Positions 24,437 through 39,151 of a stretch of 64,000 bases of DNA are shown here, piece by piece (position 1 is the first letter of the stretch; every line of letters starts with the position of its first letter). The DNA is from Lytechinus pictus (lineage: Eukaryota): contig NC_087250.1 in assembly GCF_037042905.1 (NCBI RefSeq), forward strand, positions 6,636,001-6,700,000, in the 5' to 3' direction. The notes beneath the pieces are model-generated. The model had not been told where the DNA came from. It did no database searches and saw only the letters and a program-made list of their open reading frames with translations. Made by a program: the position numbers and the translations under genes.

Positions 24437-27400
24437 TGTTACACCCACAAATGTAATAATCGCCCACAAATGTAATAACGCCCACAAATGTAATAACACT
24501 TTACCCACAAATGTAATAACGCCCACAAATGTAATAACACTTTACCCACAAATGTAAGAATATCACCCACAAATGTAATAATGCACTTTACCCACAAATG
24601 TAATAATTTTTGATCGCCCACAAATGTAATAATGACTTTACCCACAAATGTAATAAATTTGAAGGGATTTTTGGCGAATCTGTTCTAAACTAAAATCCTA
24701 TAGTAATGCGTTCATATAGCACAAAAGTGCAAAGTCTTTTTTCCAGACCTGGTTAATAAAACATTATAGTACAATTTCAAAGTCTATTTCCAGACCCGGT
24801 TGTTTCAAAATTATAATATACGTCCAAAGTCTTTTTTCCAGACCCGGTTGATTTAACAATTATAATGCAAGTCCAAAGTCTTTTTTCCAGACCCGGTTGT
24901 TTAAAAAATTATGATATAAGTCCAAAGTCTTTTTTCCAGACCCGGTTAATTCAAAAATTATAATGCAAGTCCAAAGTCTTTTTTACAGACCCGGTTGTTT
25001 CAAAAATTATAATATACGTCCAAAGTCTTTTTTCCAGACCCGGTTAATTCAAAAATTATAATATATGTCCAAAGTCTTTTTTTCAGACCCGGTTGTTTCA
25101 AAAATTGTTATAAACGTCCAAAGTCTTTTTTCCAGACCCGCTTGTTTCAAAAATTATAATGCAAGTCCAAAGTCTTTTTTTCAGACTCGGTCGTTTCAAA
25201 CATTAGAATATTAATCCAAAGTATTTTTTCTAGACCCGGTTGTTTCAAAAATTATGATATACGTCCAAAGTCTTTTGTCCAGACCCGGTTAATTCAAAAA
25301 TTATAATGCAAGTCCAAAGTCTTTTTTCCAGACCCGGTTAATTCAAAAATTATAATATACGTCCAAAGTCTTTTTTCCAGACCCTGTTGTTTCAAAAATT
25401 ATAATATACGTCCAAAGTCTTTTTTCCAGACCCGGTTGTTTAAAAAATTGTAATGCAAGTCCAAATTTTTTTTTTCAGACCCGGTCGTTTCAAACATTAG
25501 AATATAAATCCAAAGTCTTTTTTCCAGACCCGGTTGTTTCAAAAATTATAATATACGTCCAAAGTCTTTTTTCCAGAACCGGTTAATTAAAAATTATAAT
25601 GCAAGTCCAAAGTCTTTTTTCCAGACCTGGTTGTTTAAAAAATTGTAATGCAAGTCCAAATTTTTTTTTTCAGACCCGGTCGTTTCAAACATTAGAATAT
25701 AAATCCAAAGTCTTTTTTCCAGACCCGGTTGTTTCAAAAATTATAATATACGTCCAAAGTCTTTTTTCCAGAACCGGTTAATTAAAAATTATAATGCAAG
25801 TCCAAAGTCTTTTTTCCAGACCCGGTTGTTTAAAAAATTATAATATAAGTCCAAAGTCTTTTTTCCAGACCCGGTTAATAAAACATTATAGTACAATCCC
25901 AAAGTCTTTTTTCCAGACCCGGTTATTTCAAACATTAGAATATAAGTCCAAAGTCTTTTTTCCAGACCCGGTTGTTTCAAAAATTATACTATACGTCCAA
26001 AGTCTTTTTTCCAGACCTGGTAGTTTCAAAATTATTATAAGTCCAAACTAAGATAATGATATTCTAGTTGAATAAAATGAGAATCGAGCTCAGTCTTTTC
26101 TCCAGACCCAGTCAATTGAAACTGGTGGAAATGTAACAAAGACCCCAACTCTTTTGTAAATGTTAACGACCCACGATCCTATTTATGTTGAATAACATGG
26201 AAATATAGCGTAGTTTTTCCTCCAGACCCAGATCTTTCAAATAACAAATGAATAATAATAATAAATTCGTAATAATAAAAAAAGCAAACAAAGACCCACG
26301 ATCCTATTTATGTTGAATAACATGAAAATATAGCGTAGTCTTTCCTCCAGACCCAGACCTTTCAAATAAGAAATGAATAATAATAATAATAAATTAGTAA
26401 TAATAAAAAAAGCAAACAAAGACACACGATCCCCTTTATGTTGAAAACATGGAAATATAACGTAGTCTTTCCTCCAGACCCAGTTATAAAAGTCATTTAA
26501 AACACAACAACAACAAAACAGAGACCCTGCAATCTTATCATCATTGAATAACATGGAAATATGGTGTAGTCTTTCTTCCAGACCCAATTATTTCAAAATA
26601 ATCAAAATCATTAAAAAATAATAACAGAATCTAAGGCCCAACTATCCTTCAAACTAAGAACCTTCAATAAATAAAAGTTTAGAGAGTTTTCTTTATTCCA
26701 GACCTTTATATTTAAACAATAAGATAAATGAAATCCTCATGACTAAGACTCAATCATATTCTTGTGCCTGTTCAACATGAATAAGATGATTGGGGGAGTA
26801 TTTCATCAACATTTATGTCCGACAAGTTGTCAGATCTGACAACTGTTCTTGATGTTGATTGGCTAAGAAGCAGTGCTATCAGTGTCGGATAAAACGTCAG
26901 ACAACTCCTTTCATGAAATGCTCCCCGGGCTCTAAGTTTTGATGTTGTTTTTTTATTATAAATTTCTTTGCCTGGAAGAAAAAATGAATGTTTAATTGCA
27001 TCATTTATTATAGGATGTTAGGCTGGAAGAGGGTTAATTTTTTTTTCTGTTTTTTTTTTAACAAACTGGTCTGGTCAAATTAAGTATGCGTTATCACAAG
27101 GGTTTATAGTTTGGAAGATGCTGGGGTCTAAGTTTTAAGATTAATGTTTCGCTTAATTTGTATTTTAAAGAAAACTGGGTGAGGGGAAAACACAGCACTC
27201 TAAGCCCAAGCATTTTAAGTTGGTTTAATTTTGAAGATTGGTCTTAGCTGTGATTTTTTTTTCAATATTTGTTTATCTTTTAAATAACCGGGTCTAGACG
27301 AAAGACTAAGCATAATACTCGTGTTATTCCACAAGAATAAGAATATGACAAAGTCATATTCTTATTATATTTTAAGATTGTTTAAATTATTTTTAAATTA

Positions 27401-29290
27401 CTGGGTCTGGAATAAAGACAACGCTCTAAACATGTGCTTTTCTACCAGCATGGTCTTAATTTGGAGGATTGTTGGTTCTAAGATTCGTTTTGGGGGTTGG
27501 GTTTTATTGATTTTTTTATTCTTGAAATAATTGTGTCTGGAGGAAAGTCGATCTTCGACAATCGGTCTTCATGTTATATCACAATAATTAGATTATTGGG
27601 TATTCGTTTTAGAATATTTGTAAAAACTACTTTATTTTTTTCAAATAATAACCAAGTCTGGAGAAAGGATGTTTGCTTTACCCATGCATTACTACAATGT
27701 TTTGTAGGGGTCGTAGTATTTTTTTTTTTAAATGGGTGTGGGGTAAAGACATATTTTTTTTACTGGGTGAAACTTTGGAAAATTGGTTATAGATTTGAAG
27801 TTTTTTAATTCATTTTTTAATAGCCGGGTCTGGAGGAAAGACTTTGGACTTATATTGTAATTGTTTAATTATCCGGGTCTGGAAAAAAGACTTTGCACTT
27901 TGGTGCTATATGAACGCATTGCTATAGGGTTTATTTTTTAGTTTTAAGTAACCGGGTCTGGAGAAAAGACTACGCTTGATTCTCAATTTACTCTTAGTGC
28001 ATATATTCACAATATATGCCATATAAGTTGAAACAACAACAAAGACATTAATTCCGCCAGTTTTGATTAACTGGGTCTGGAGAAAAGACTAAGCTCGATT
28101 CTCTTTTTTTTTCCACTGAAATATCATTATCGTATCTTAGTTTTGACTTATATTATAATTTTTGAAATAACCGGGTCTGGAAAAAAGACTTTGGACTTAT
28201 ATTATAATTTGTGAAATAACCGGGTCTGGAAAAAGACTTTGGACTTATATTATAATTTTTTTAACAACCGGGTCTGGAAAAAAGACTGGACTTATATTAT
28301 AATTTTTTAAACAACCGGGTCTGGAAAAAGACTTTGGACTTATATTGTAGTTGTTTAATTATCCGGGTCTGGAAAAAAGACTTTGCACTTTTGTGCTATA
28401 TGAACGCATTGCTTTAGGGTTAATTTTTTAGTTTTAAGTAACCGGGTCTGGAGAAAAGACTACGCTTGATTCTCAATTTACTCTTAGCGCATATATTCAC
28501 AATATATATATATATATATATTATAATTTTTGAAATAATCGGGTCTGGAAAAAGACTTTGGACTTATATTAAAATTTTTTGAAACAACCGGGTCTGGAAA
28601 AAAGACTTTGGACTTGCATTATAATTTTGGAATTAACCGGTTCTAAAAAAAAGACTTTGGACTTGCATTATAATTTTTGAAACAACCGGGTCTGAAAAAA
28701 AGACTTTGGACTTGCATTATAATTTTTTAATCAACCGGGTCTGGAAAAAAGACTTTGGACGTATATTATAATTTTTGAAACAACCGGGTCTGAAAAAAAG
28801 ACTTTGGACTTGCATTATAATTTTTGAATCAACCGGGTCTGAAAAAAAAGACTTTGAACTTGCTTATAAATTTGGAATTAACCGGGTCTGGAAAAAAAAG
28901 ACTTTGGACGTATATTATAATTTTGAAACAACCGGGTCTGGAAAAAGACTTTGGACTTGTACTATGATGTTTGATTAACGTCTGGAAAAAACACTTTGCA
29001 CTTTTGTGCTATATGAACGCATTACTATAGGATTTTAGTTTAGAACGGATTCGCCAAAAATCCCTTCAAATTTATTACATTTGTGGGTAAAGTCATTATT
29101 ACATTTGTGGGCGATCAAAAATTATTACATTTGTGGGTAAAGTGCATTATTACATTTGTGGGTGAAATTATTACATTTGTGGGTAAAGTGTTATTACATT
29201 TGTGGGCGTTATTATATTTGTGGGTAAAGTGTTATTACATTTGTGGGCGTTATTACATTTGTGGGCGTTATTACATTTGTGGGTGCAACA
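24437..29290. mobile_element. 4.85-kb modular foldback element with TGT...ACA termini (Ginger-like ends)
   Basis: Outer domain of 18-24-bp repeats (CCCACAAATGTAATAA), a short unique inverted block, then ~56-bp repeats (TCCAAAGTCTTTTTTCCAGACCCGGTT), all mirrored on the right arm. No clear TSD. Confidence 0.85.
26793..26926. mobile_element. Small MITE in the centre of the foldback element
   Basis: TIR GGGGAGTATTTCAT / ATGAAATGCTCCCC, with an internal palindrome GTTGTCAGATCTGACAAC. Confidence 0.55.
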
Positions 29291-29306
29291 GACCCCCCCC
29301 CCCCCC

Positions 29307-30391
29307 CAGTCAGACTGCAGGTCCCAAGAAAGTGGCTTCTTTCATCCAAGTGATATTCATGACTTGAGATGTTTTGCATATTTAATGAGCTTGATGCGGA
29401 CCAAAACACCTCTTTTCATTCGGTCATTGCTGCTCTAATTGTGCATCGAATTTCATGAATTTGGTACCATTGTAAAGAAGAAGAATCATTCTTTCAGGTC
29501 ATGTGTTTGGATTTATTCAAAGATTTTGTAATATAGGTAAAAAATTTTGATCTAAAATATGCTACAAAATAAATATTTTCACCTGACAAAAGCTGCTATT
29601 TTCACACTTTATTTTTGTTTGAGCCCAAATGATTTTTATATCATGATAAAGCTGAATATGTATGCTTTGAAATGATATAGGTTTCAAAATAAGAATTGGT
29701 TTAATCGGGTCAAGATCACACTTTTCATTTGTCAAGTACATAAAGCAGCTTGAAAACAAGAATACTGCACTCTGATTGGTCAAAAAGACCACACAATGGC
29801 AAATTCCAATGATTCCAGTGCCTGGGTTCGTGGGAAGGTCACACTTCCCATGTGGTAATCTCCTCAAATACCCCGCGCCTGTTGTTCTGTGAACCTTATC
29901 CAGCCAATCAGAACTCTGGAATTCATGCAAGTACAAAATTTCAGAAATCTCGTCTTGTACCTTGGTGGGAAAAGTGTGATCTTGACCCGATTAAAAGGTG
30001 CCGCATATCAAGAGTGGCATTGTGAGAAAGTACAGAAGTTCAGCTTTATGGTGATATAGATATTATTGAGGCTCAAAATAAAAAGTTTTGCACAATTTGC
30101 AAAAGAAAACAGAGGAAGAAAATTCAGTTTTGAGGCACATTTTCAGGCCAGAAATTCACTTATTTAACAAAATATTGTATACAAAATAAATGACCAATAT
30201 GAAAGAGTAACTTTTACTCTATCTGATGGTGCAATAATATTTCATTTAACTTGAGGTTAAAACAGGTAAATTCTTAGAGAAAGAAAATCTCACGAATCAC
30301 GAGATTTTGCAAGGAGGAGGATTCAGCCACGAGATGATTTGGATGAATCTGGCCTTTTTGCTTATTAGCATAGGGACCTGCGGTCTGACTG
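29307..30391. mobile_element. 1085-bp non-autonomous TIR element in a poly-C tract (possibly Academ-like)
   Basis: TIR CAGTCAGAC(T/C)GCAGGTCCC at both ends, with poly-C on both flanks. Confidence 0.75.
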
Positions 30392-33130
30392 CCCCCCCCC
30401 CCCCCCGGCTTCCAGGGTTACCAAAATTAAGATAAATATAATGAACAATTACGCAATTAGAATTTTGTGATTGCAGTCATTATAAGACTGGTATTCTGAC
30501 AATTTAAAGACTGTAATCTGGGCCAACTATGCATCTCGTACATGCCAAGGAATGGACAATAGATGCCGGATATTCTTTTTCGTGTGGATAATATAATGCA
30601 ATATAAATATGAAAATATAATGGCAATTTTAGACAAGAAAAGGGCCCCATTGCATATTATGTCTTTGAATAATTGATTATTTTCAAACTTTAGGCTTCAT
30701 TCATTCCGCAAGCGAGCATACATAGCAAGCGGTTTGAAAAAAAGGCAACTGTCTACGTCGACATGCCAGGAAGCCCAATGGGATCTCTATTTGATATAAA
30801 ATCGTAGCTGAACAGTGAAAGAACGATAAACATAACAGGTAAAATTCACTCTGGATATTTCATGATGGGGGTGAAATATTAATTATATCTGCTTCGGTAT
30901 TAAAAAGAATAATCTTCGACCAAAGTAACCACCTGTCTGATAGCGACTACATTTTTATTGTTCATGCCACCAAGTCGTGAACAATAGCTGCCCAGACTCC
31001 CTTTCATGAGGAATGTCTAATCCGCACTCCCTCCTGACCTATTATCGAGGAGAGCAATTTAGCACAGGATGTTCATAGAAATCGGGCCACGCGCGCGTCT
31101 TTTGATTTGACAATTTAATACTTTCAAAGGTTCCGATACGAACAATAGCTTTTCTCTCCCCAACACCTTCCATTGACTTATTGCCATTAAAGTACATAGT
31201 TTTTATTCAAATATTTGTTTCGACTTTAAGACATTTAGCATCGACAATATACGTCAAATGTCCTGTAATCTAAATGATGATGATGATGATGATGATGATG
31301 GTGATAGGGATGATGGTAAAGATGGCATGGATAATGTCGAGAATGATAACAAGAAATCACGGGGAAAACAACACACCTCCACCACCACGACCACCAGCAC
31401 AAACACTGGCATCGTTACTTCCACTTATCAAAAGCATAAAGAAAAACAAATAGTTTAAAATAATTAAATTTAATTGTAGCTGAAGCCTATTTTGCATATT
31501 TAGAAATAAAGGATAAAGATGAGATTTAAGATTGAAGAAATGTATAGGCTATAGTCCTTGACAAATCAAAAATACAGGAAATTGAAAGATAAAAGGGGAA
31601 ACAGAAATAACGAAGCAATGGGGTGTGAAGGTAGAAATTACTAACAATTTGTAGAAATTTAGATCTTTATATTTTGTTGAACCTTATGATTGTTTATTCA
31701 AATAATATGTTTGTAATGGATCATCCGATATCAGAAAAGTAAGATATTGCTTTCGACAATATCAGAAATTATATTTTCTACACCTCTTTATTTGTGATAT
31801 TTATAATTACCCCGTCATTAAAAATATCAATCTAGTAAGGCTTAATTTTACTTCCCCTTCCCTGAAATAAATTATTAAATGGACATTATTTGCTGTTCAA
31901 ATGATATATAAGTGACACCACTAAATTTCTTTATACCGTGCATTGTCAATGTTCATGCGGTAGGACTTATGCACAATCAACATACTCGATAAGTTAGTAC
32001 ATATCACATTTCCAATTATCAAATTTGCTTGATATATTATTTTTTTTTTCATTTAGTAGTAATCCAGTTTATGCTTCCAGATTTACCATATGAGCTCAGC
32101 GTGTAGGGAAATATACCAATTATCTTTTTGCTGGCAAAAAGGGAGAAACAAAAGAAAGCGGAACATCGGAAGAAATTATGCATTGATTGATATAAATTAT
32201 TTCTCGCTAATAAAACAAATGAGGAAGAATGGACAAAAAAAAACACATTGCGGAAAATGCATGACATTCACAGAATTTTGTAAATAAAAGATCATGAAAA
32301 GTGCGTTTACTCGCTTGATTCGCTCACTCCCATTTTCTCCTTTTTTTTTTCCTTACACACATCATACTTTTTATTTCGCCCTTGCCACATTGACAACATA
32401 TATTTTGTTGATGATCAAAATAATATTTAGGTTTCTTTCTGTAACCGATGCAAATTTGATGCTTATTTTTTCCACCAAACTTGGTACGTAATTTGGTGTT
32501 GTTATCAAATTTGCTTGATTCATTTTTTTTCATTTAGTAGTATATGATATCAGATTTGACATAAGAGCTCAGCGTGTAGGGGAATTTACCCATCATCTTT
32601 TTGCTGGCATAAAGGGAGAAACAAAAGAAAGCGGATCATCGGAAGAAATTATACATTGATTAATTTACGTTATTTCTCGCTAATAAAACAAATGAGGAAG
32701 AATGGACAAAAAAAAACGCATTGCAAAATATTACTAAACTGTGAAACTCAATAACTTTGTTATTTGTTATCCGATTTTGATGAAATGTTCGGTATTTTGC
32801 TCAGTGAATTCTGCTTTGTATATAAAACTATAAATACATTCAGCCGGGACCATCCCTTTTATACTAAGAAGAAGGTGAAAGAGAAGAATAATGATAATAA
32901 TAATTATAATAACAATAACAATAATGATAATAATAATTATAATAATAGTAATACTAATAGTGATAATATTAAAACAATAATAAATGAATAAATAAATAAT
33001 GAGTGTGATGATTGCAGTGCGCAGACGAGAGTTGGAAATGACAGGCTTCTTTACTCATATATTTATAACGAGAACAATTTTGTGACAATGCTAAAAACAA
33101 TGTATAAGACCTTTCCCCCGCCCCCCCCCC

Positions 33131-33171
<41 letters not shown>

Positions 33172-35430
33172 GAAACCGTGCACATTTGCAGGCATGAAAA
33201 AGCCTTGACACAAGAATACTACCATACTGGCCTGCAAAAGACCCGATCGATAGCTCATGAATATTCATGTAACAATAGCGAATGGGCGAGTAGTGTTGGG
33301 TGAGGAACATCGTACCGCTCGGTCATTGGTCAATTCCGAGCTGAATGTCTTCGCACATTCGCCTTTGCTCTGCCCATAGAGGTACGTGTATTGCTACACA
33401 CAACCGTTATATCACACGTGTCAATAGGGGAAATCTTGATTCAGATCGCAGCAATATCCAAAATCAACTCTTGAAAATAATGATGCAAAAATACAATTTT
33501 ACTCAAAAAATGTCTATGTAAACCACTATTTTTCATATGATAAAATGAATTGTGAATTCCTGGTCAGTATAACAACATAAAAAACAGAGAATATGGTGTT
33601 GATTTTCTGGCTGTAAAATTGGTTTTAAAAAAAAAAGTTCTCTGGGCACGTATACGTGCCAATGGCATTAGAGGGCTAAGGGCACGCATAGCTGCCAACG
33701 GCATTTAAAGAGTTAAAAGCACATTTGCTCTAATAAAAATGCCGATAGTTAAAAAACAAGCACGTGAACCCCTATTTTTTTAATTTGTGCTCCTCTTATG
33801 TATACCTTCCTCTGAAACTTTGAAAATTTCGGTGAAAATGACATGGATTTTGAATTAAAAGCAGCATTTCTTGTACTTTTGCAGTTTGTTCTTAAAATTT
33901 CACATTTTTGAGATTGGGTTTTTGTTATCTTTTACGCCATTTTTAAGAACTGACAGTGCTGTTAGACTTATCATTGCAAACAAATACACACTAGAAATAG
34001 ATTTTCCATTGTAACGATACACTTATTAACTCTCTTGCAAAATTTGATGACGTTTTTATGTATTTTGACTAATATAGGTTTAAACTCATTTAAGTGATCT
34101 TGCGAGGTCTAAAAATGCCAAATTCTTTTGAATGCGCAATTCTTAAGAACATCCATTTGGCTGAACTTTGAAGCTCTATAGCAACAAATCAGGCACATGG
34201 ACCTATGTTAATTTTTGCACATTTCGAATATTCAGGTTCTAAAGTATATATGTGCAAAGATAGGTGAAAATGACATGGATTTCACTTTAACTGTAGAACG
34301 TCCTTAGCATCCTCTTGATAGTGACGTCAATGATGCAGCAACTAACAGATCGGTCTGGTCGGATTTGTTAATTAAATTGGCAGCTGTCCCACCCTGTCCC
34401 TTTTTTTCTTTTCCTCAAAACATCTGATATTACTCTTTATACTCCGTTTGCATTTTAAATGACCAATGGTTGGATTTAGCAAAATAAAACATCCACATTG
34501 ACAAAAAAAAATCTTGAGACGAATAAAGCGTTAATATCGGCCGTTTTAATTATCACATTTTTTTGTTTGCTTCTTCCTATTTAATTCGAGGTGAATATTG
34601 AACGATTCATATTTTTGTGAAAAGTTTGAATATGATATTGATAAGCATAACAATGTCAACCATTTTTTTAAAAAATGGTTTGGGTTATAAAAAGACAAAC
34701 GAATATGAACCGTTGTTTACCGGATATTAAGTTTATGAAGAGAGAGTTTGGCTGCAGAAGAAAGGTAATTGATGTGATTACAACAATTATTTTTGAATAA
34801 TAATCAGATTGATGATGATTCTGATTCCGATGGCAATAAAATTAATAATAATAAGAAGAAGAGAAGAAGAAGGTGAAGAAGAAGAATAATGATAATAATT
34901 ACATTGGTGAAGTACGTTTGGATGTTTTTAGAATGCATTGCATACGTAATCTATCAAGAGGGGAGTAATCGTGAATAACGTGAAAGTGATATGAAATAAT
35001 GTAAGGATTTCATTATAACGTGCAGCGCCAGAACGAGTGAATTGCATGACACATACATTTCTTTTTTTTTTGTTCTCTCTACTACCCTTCCTTTTTTCTT
35101 CTTTTCCCATTTTCGAATTCACTCATTGTAAAATCATATAGTGACGCGACGACGTCGTATCTGCTATTCTAATATGTGTGATGCTATATAGAACATAATA
35201 CTTATTTGCCTTATTCACAATGTGTACGCTGTAATGATTATCATGGATATCCTCACCAGCTTACTAAATGATTAAATAATAACATTAACGTTTGTTTGCC
35301 CTATAGCGTTACGCCGGGGTAAACTATAAATGTATTTATGTTCATTGCAGACAAGCTCCGAGATTACAGATGTACTTACCTGGCGTGTTTTGTTTATTAA
35401 CATATCGCATTATTTTGTATTTTCCTTCAG

Positions 35431-37013
35431 ATATATTTGGCAAGAAGATCTCGGAATCGTTGACCGTTGGACGATGTCGTGAGAAATTGAGACACAAGTA
35501 CCTCGATAAACTGTGCAAGATTCAACTGAAGCCCTGGGATAAATCAGATTACGCTGAGCTCAAAGATTTGCATACGGTTGTAACAATGATGAGGAAAGAC
35601 TCGAGTGGGATAGATACCAAAAAGAAAGAAGAATTGAAAGGCTCTGTTGATAAAATATTTTCTACGAAAGTAAACGGGAGACTACCATCTCGAATCCTCA
35701 TTTCAGCTCCAGCTGGAGTAGGGAAGACAACAGCTATTGCAAAGATAGCGTACGACTGGGCTCAAGAAAAAAAAGAATCGGCATTGGAGCAGTTGCCACT
35801 TCTATTTGCTGTTAAATTTCGTAACACAAGCCACAGGACATCGATTGGGGAAGCCATCAAAACTCAGCTTTTAAGCGACGTTCAAGATCTCTCACCGGAC
35901 GGTATAGAGAGTTTCATCCGTGAAAATGAAGAGATCTGTCACATAATCCTAGACGGACTGGATGAATATGCAGGTATTTCTTCACTGAACAATATTGTCA
36001 GCGTCATTCGATGTGACGAGTTTCCACAATGTCGCGTGCTTGTAACAACACGCCCTCATCTAGAAAGCTACTTCAATCAAGATGACCTTCCGAGGGTATA
36101 CACTAAAATGTGGATCGAAGGATTTTCGATGGAGAGTTCCAAAGAGTACATCGACAGATTTTTCAAACTTAATTTGAGTGACGAAAAGGGTGAACAGCTG
36201 AAAGAATACCTCAACGACCAACCACTCATCGATGAACTTGCCAAAACACCCCTCTTTTGTCTAATGATCTGTCACCTGTGGAGTGAAGATCAACTATGTA
36301 GTGATGTCAGTACCCAAACAGATTTGTTTGACAGCGTGAATAAATTTTTAATGCATCATGCAAACGCTCGCTTAGGGTCAACTACGTCAAGGCTAACCTT
36401 CACTCACAACAAATTATATAGGATAATTAAGGAAATTGGCAGAGTTGCGCTCTACGGTCTACTCGATGATGCCAAGAAACTAATCTTTACGCTCCGAGAT
36501 TTCCGTAAAATTCCTCATATCCTTGATAAGGCATGCAAGCTCGGAATAATTTCCAAGACGACAGTGCCAATCACAAACCTACCTCAGTCCGACGAGACCA
36601 CTTCCACTCAAATTGAATTTTATCACAAATTAGCACAAGAACATTCGGCGGGTAAATTCATCGCTAGTGCAACACGGCGCTTACCATTACGGTTAAGAGT
36701 ATCTAAGTTGGACCGAATCTTGTGGAAGATTAATTCAAACATCGGAGACTATGAGGAACTCATCCGATTTGCTGCTGGCACAAACAGGCGTCTAGGAATA
36801 CGAATAATGGAAGCACTCCTTGCAAACGAGCATTTGGAAGAGAAGGAACGGTACCGCATTCTACTTGACTGTTCATCAGAGTCCAAGGATAGTGGAGGAA
36901 ACATGTCTTCGTTGGTTCAAAGATGCGTCACTGCACAGAGTATCATTCTGAAGTCACCAACTATGTATACTGTCGTTGGGCTTAAAAACCTTCCGAAGCA
37001 ACTGCAACATGAG
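35431..37013 (+). CDS. NACHT-domain exon of an NLR-type (NACHT-LRR) gene
   Basis: Acceptor ttttccttcag at 35430 and donor GAG/GT at 37014. Walker A APAGVGKTT, Walker B HIILDGLDEY, sensor VLVTTRP, IEGFS, TPLF and winged-helix FYHKLAQEH, in an uninterrupted frame. Confidence 0.92.
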
Positions 37014-37395
37014 GTATCTAAAGCCAAAATGTACATTCCTCTTTTCAACAAAGAAAAACAAACCTGAATGTCATTTCATTTCACATTTTCTTTTCCCTTA
37101 ACTCTTTGCACGTTGAATATGATTTTCGGGGAATAATAATGAAATCGTTTCCATGTTATTTTCTTTAATTTAAAATTTTCATATTACACCATTGATGGTT
37201 ATTATTATCATATAAATATTATGCAAGAAGTATTGCCTTTTATTAGCTCATCTTATTTGAAAGTAGGGGAGAAAACTAATCATTGCGATTGTTGAATATA
37301 ATTATACGAATGTGCAAGAGTGCAGCATCAGGGCGCGCAGTGTTAATACTACCATGTTCATCATGTATGTTTTTCTCACTCTCCCCTGATACTAG

Positions 37396-37931
37396 GTAAG
37401 AACAATGAGGTTCGAGGAGTCTGTGCTTACGGCTGACGTGGCCAGACGAATGTGGTCCTGTCTCAAAACATTTCCTAACTTACATACCATGTGCATCACA
37501 GACACTTCTATAAGTGTTCCATCATCTCTTCAAAAGCTCCCATCAGTTACTCGTCTGTTAGCCAAGAGAATGACGCCTAGCTGTTACACAAGCGTACTGT
37601 TATCTCTACCTCATGCAAGGGAGCTCGATGTATCCATCGTAATTGAAAATACGAGCAACACTTTCGAGATGGAAACCGATACTTACCGTATGAATCAAAT
37701 TGTATATCATCCACACGATATTAACACGATCAATGTGACACTTCAACAATGCGTGTCACAGTCATTGGGTGAAGTCAATTTGGGATTGAAATCTGGAGGG
37801 CTTGCTCTTCTGTTTGAAGAACAATCTCAGAATCAGCACCTACTATCTGTTTCTGGGGATATGGGCAGATACGGAGAAACCGTGGTTGATCTGTTTGTCA
37901 TGACGACACAACTTACCTATTTGAATTCTCC
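37396..37931 (+). CDS. Next NLR exon, degenerate leucine-rich repeats
   Basis: Acceptor after a pyrimidine tract (..ctag at 37395), in phase 0 with the NACHT exon, and a GTAAGT donor at 37932. LRR-like segments FPNLHTMCI, LPSVTRLLA, LPHARELDV. Confidence 0.8.
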
Positions 37932-39151
37932 GTAAGTATTTATTTCTCTTTTAACAAAAGCAGATCAACTTTCTATAATTCCACTCCCTGATCCACATTT
38001 TAAGTTTTATTTAGATCGTAATTTACTCCATGCGTGAAATTTAGCCAAAATTAAGCAAGACTGAGAGAAAGCCTCTTCGGTGGGAGTCGTTAACTATCTG
38101 TATGTATTTATATTAATTTGCTTTGTTCATTCATATATTAATTTTTTTTTTTTTAGTTTTAAAAACAGATATAGATATATTTGATAAAATAGTTGTTTCA
38201 TCGTTTCAATATAATTTTGAAGAGCTAACATGCAAAAGGGACTATATCCATTTTTATATTTTAGCATTTTTTTTTTGCAGGTTTAAATTGACATTCACCA
38301 TATTCATTAGACTGACTATAGACCAACACCCAAAATTTTCAAGAATTTTATTAAAAATGGACGTGGAAATTTACGTTGTCATGCAAAAGGGACTAAATCT
38401 GCCTTTGCTCAATCTTCACAAAACGCTGTTTTTTGTTGTTTTTTGGGTTTCACCTTAATCAATGTTTCCTTTCAAAATGTTTTTCCTTAGCTTAAAAATC
38501 ATCAATGTACGTATACAAAATGCCAGTAAAAAAAAAATCCTGCAGACTGCTTTTTATTTTATATGACTTTTTACATTATTATTTTTTGGATTTCGGCCCT
38601 TTGCATGAAAAGTTCTGAATGGTAATAGATCTACAGGAGGTTTTAACATTAATATAACAGTTCCTCCCTCCCTTTCCTTTCTATTGACAGTTTAGATATT
38701 GAAAAAGGTTTACTGGTCTGTTATTAGTTACATGTATAGGTTTTGCCTGACATAGAAACAACTTGAAATCAGTTTTTATGATGTATAAGGAAACATATGA
38801 AATAAGATACATTTTTTACCTATTTTGATGACTCTGGAACATAGTGTAAGAACTTCCTGAAAGGAAACATAGATTTGGTTGGACTAAAAGGTAACTTTAC
38901 TGCCAACTCGTCCAGTAACCTCATCAGTCTGGTCTGCTAGTGAAATTATTTGGACACGATGGACTAAAGCAAGAATTTTTTTCTCTAGACCTTTCTATAT
39001 GACTTGATTAAGGATTGAAAATAGGGCATGCTCAAAAAAAAAAAAGTCTGACAGCAGGAACAGTGAAAAAATGAGTGGAAATATAATAAATTATTAGTTT
39101 AAAATGGTCTGATATATAGACTAGTGCAAGTACAAAAATCAAAGCAGTGCA

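Noticed and set aside
24730..26050. Regular ~56-bp repeats resembling a CRISPR array
   Set aside because: The variable parts are variants of one sequence, not unique spacers. The array is mirrored as a transposon arm, the context is eukaryotic and there are no cas genes.
35370..35430. ORF-track start MYLPGVFCLL.. as the NLR N-terminus (and read-through tail 37014-37067)
   Set aside because: These segments are intron-like, with a pyrimidine tract and AG at 35430 and GT at 37014. They are treated as open intronic flanks.
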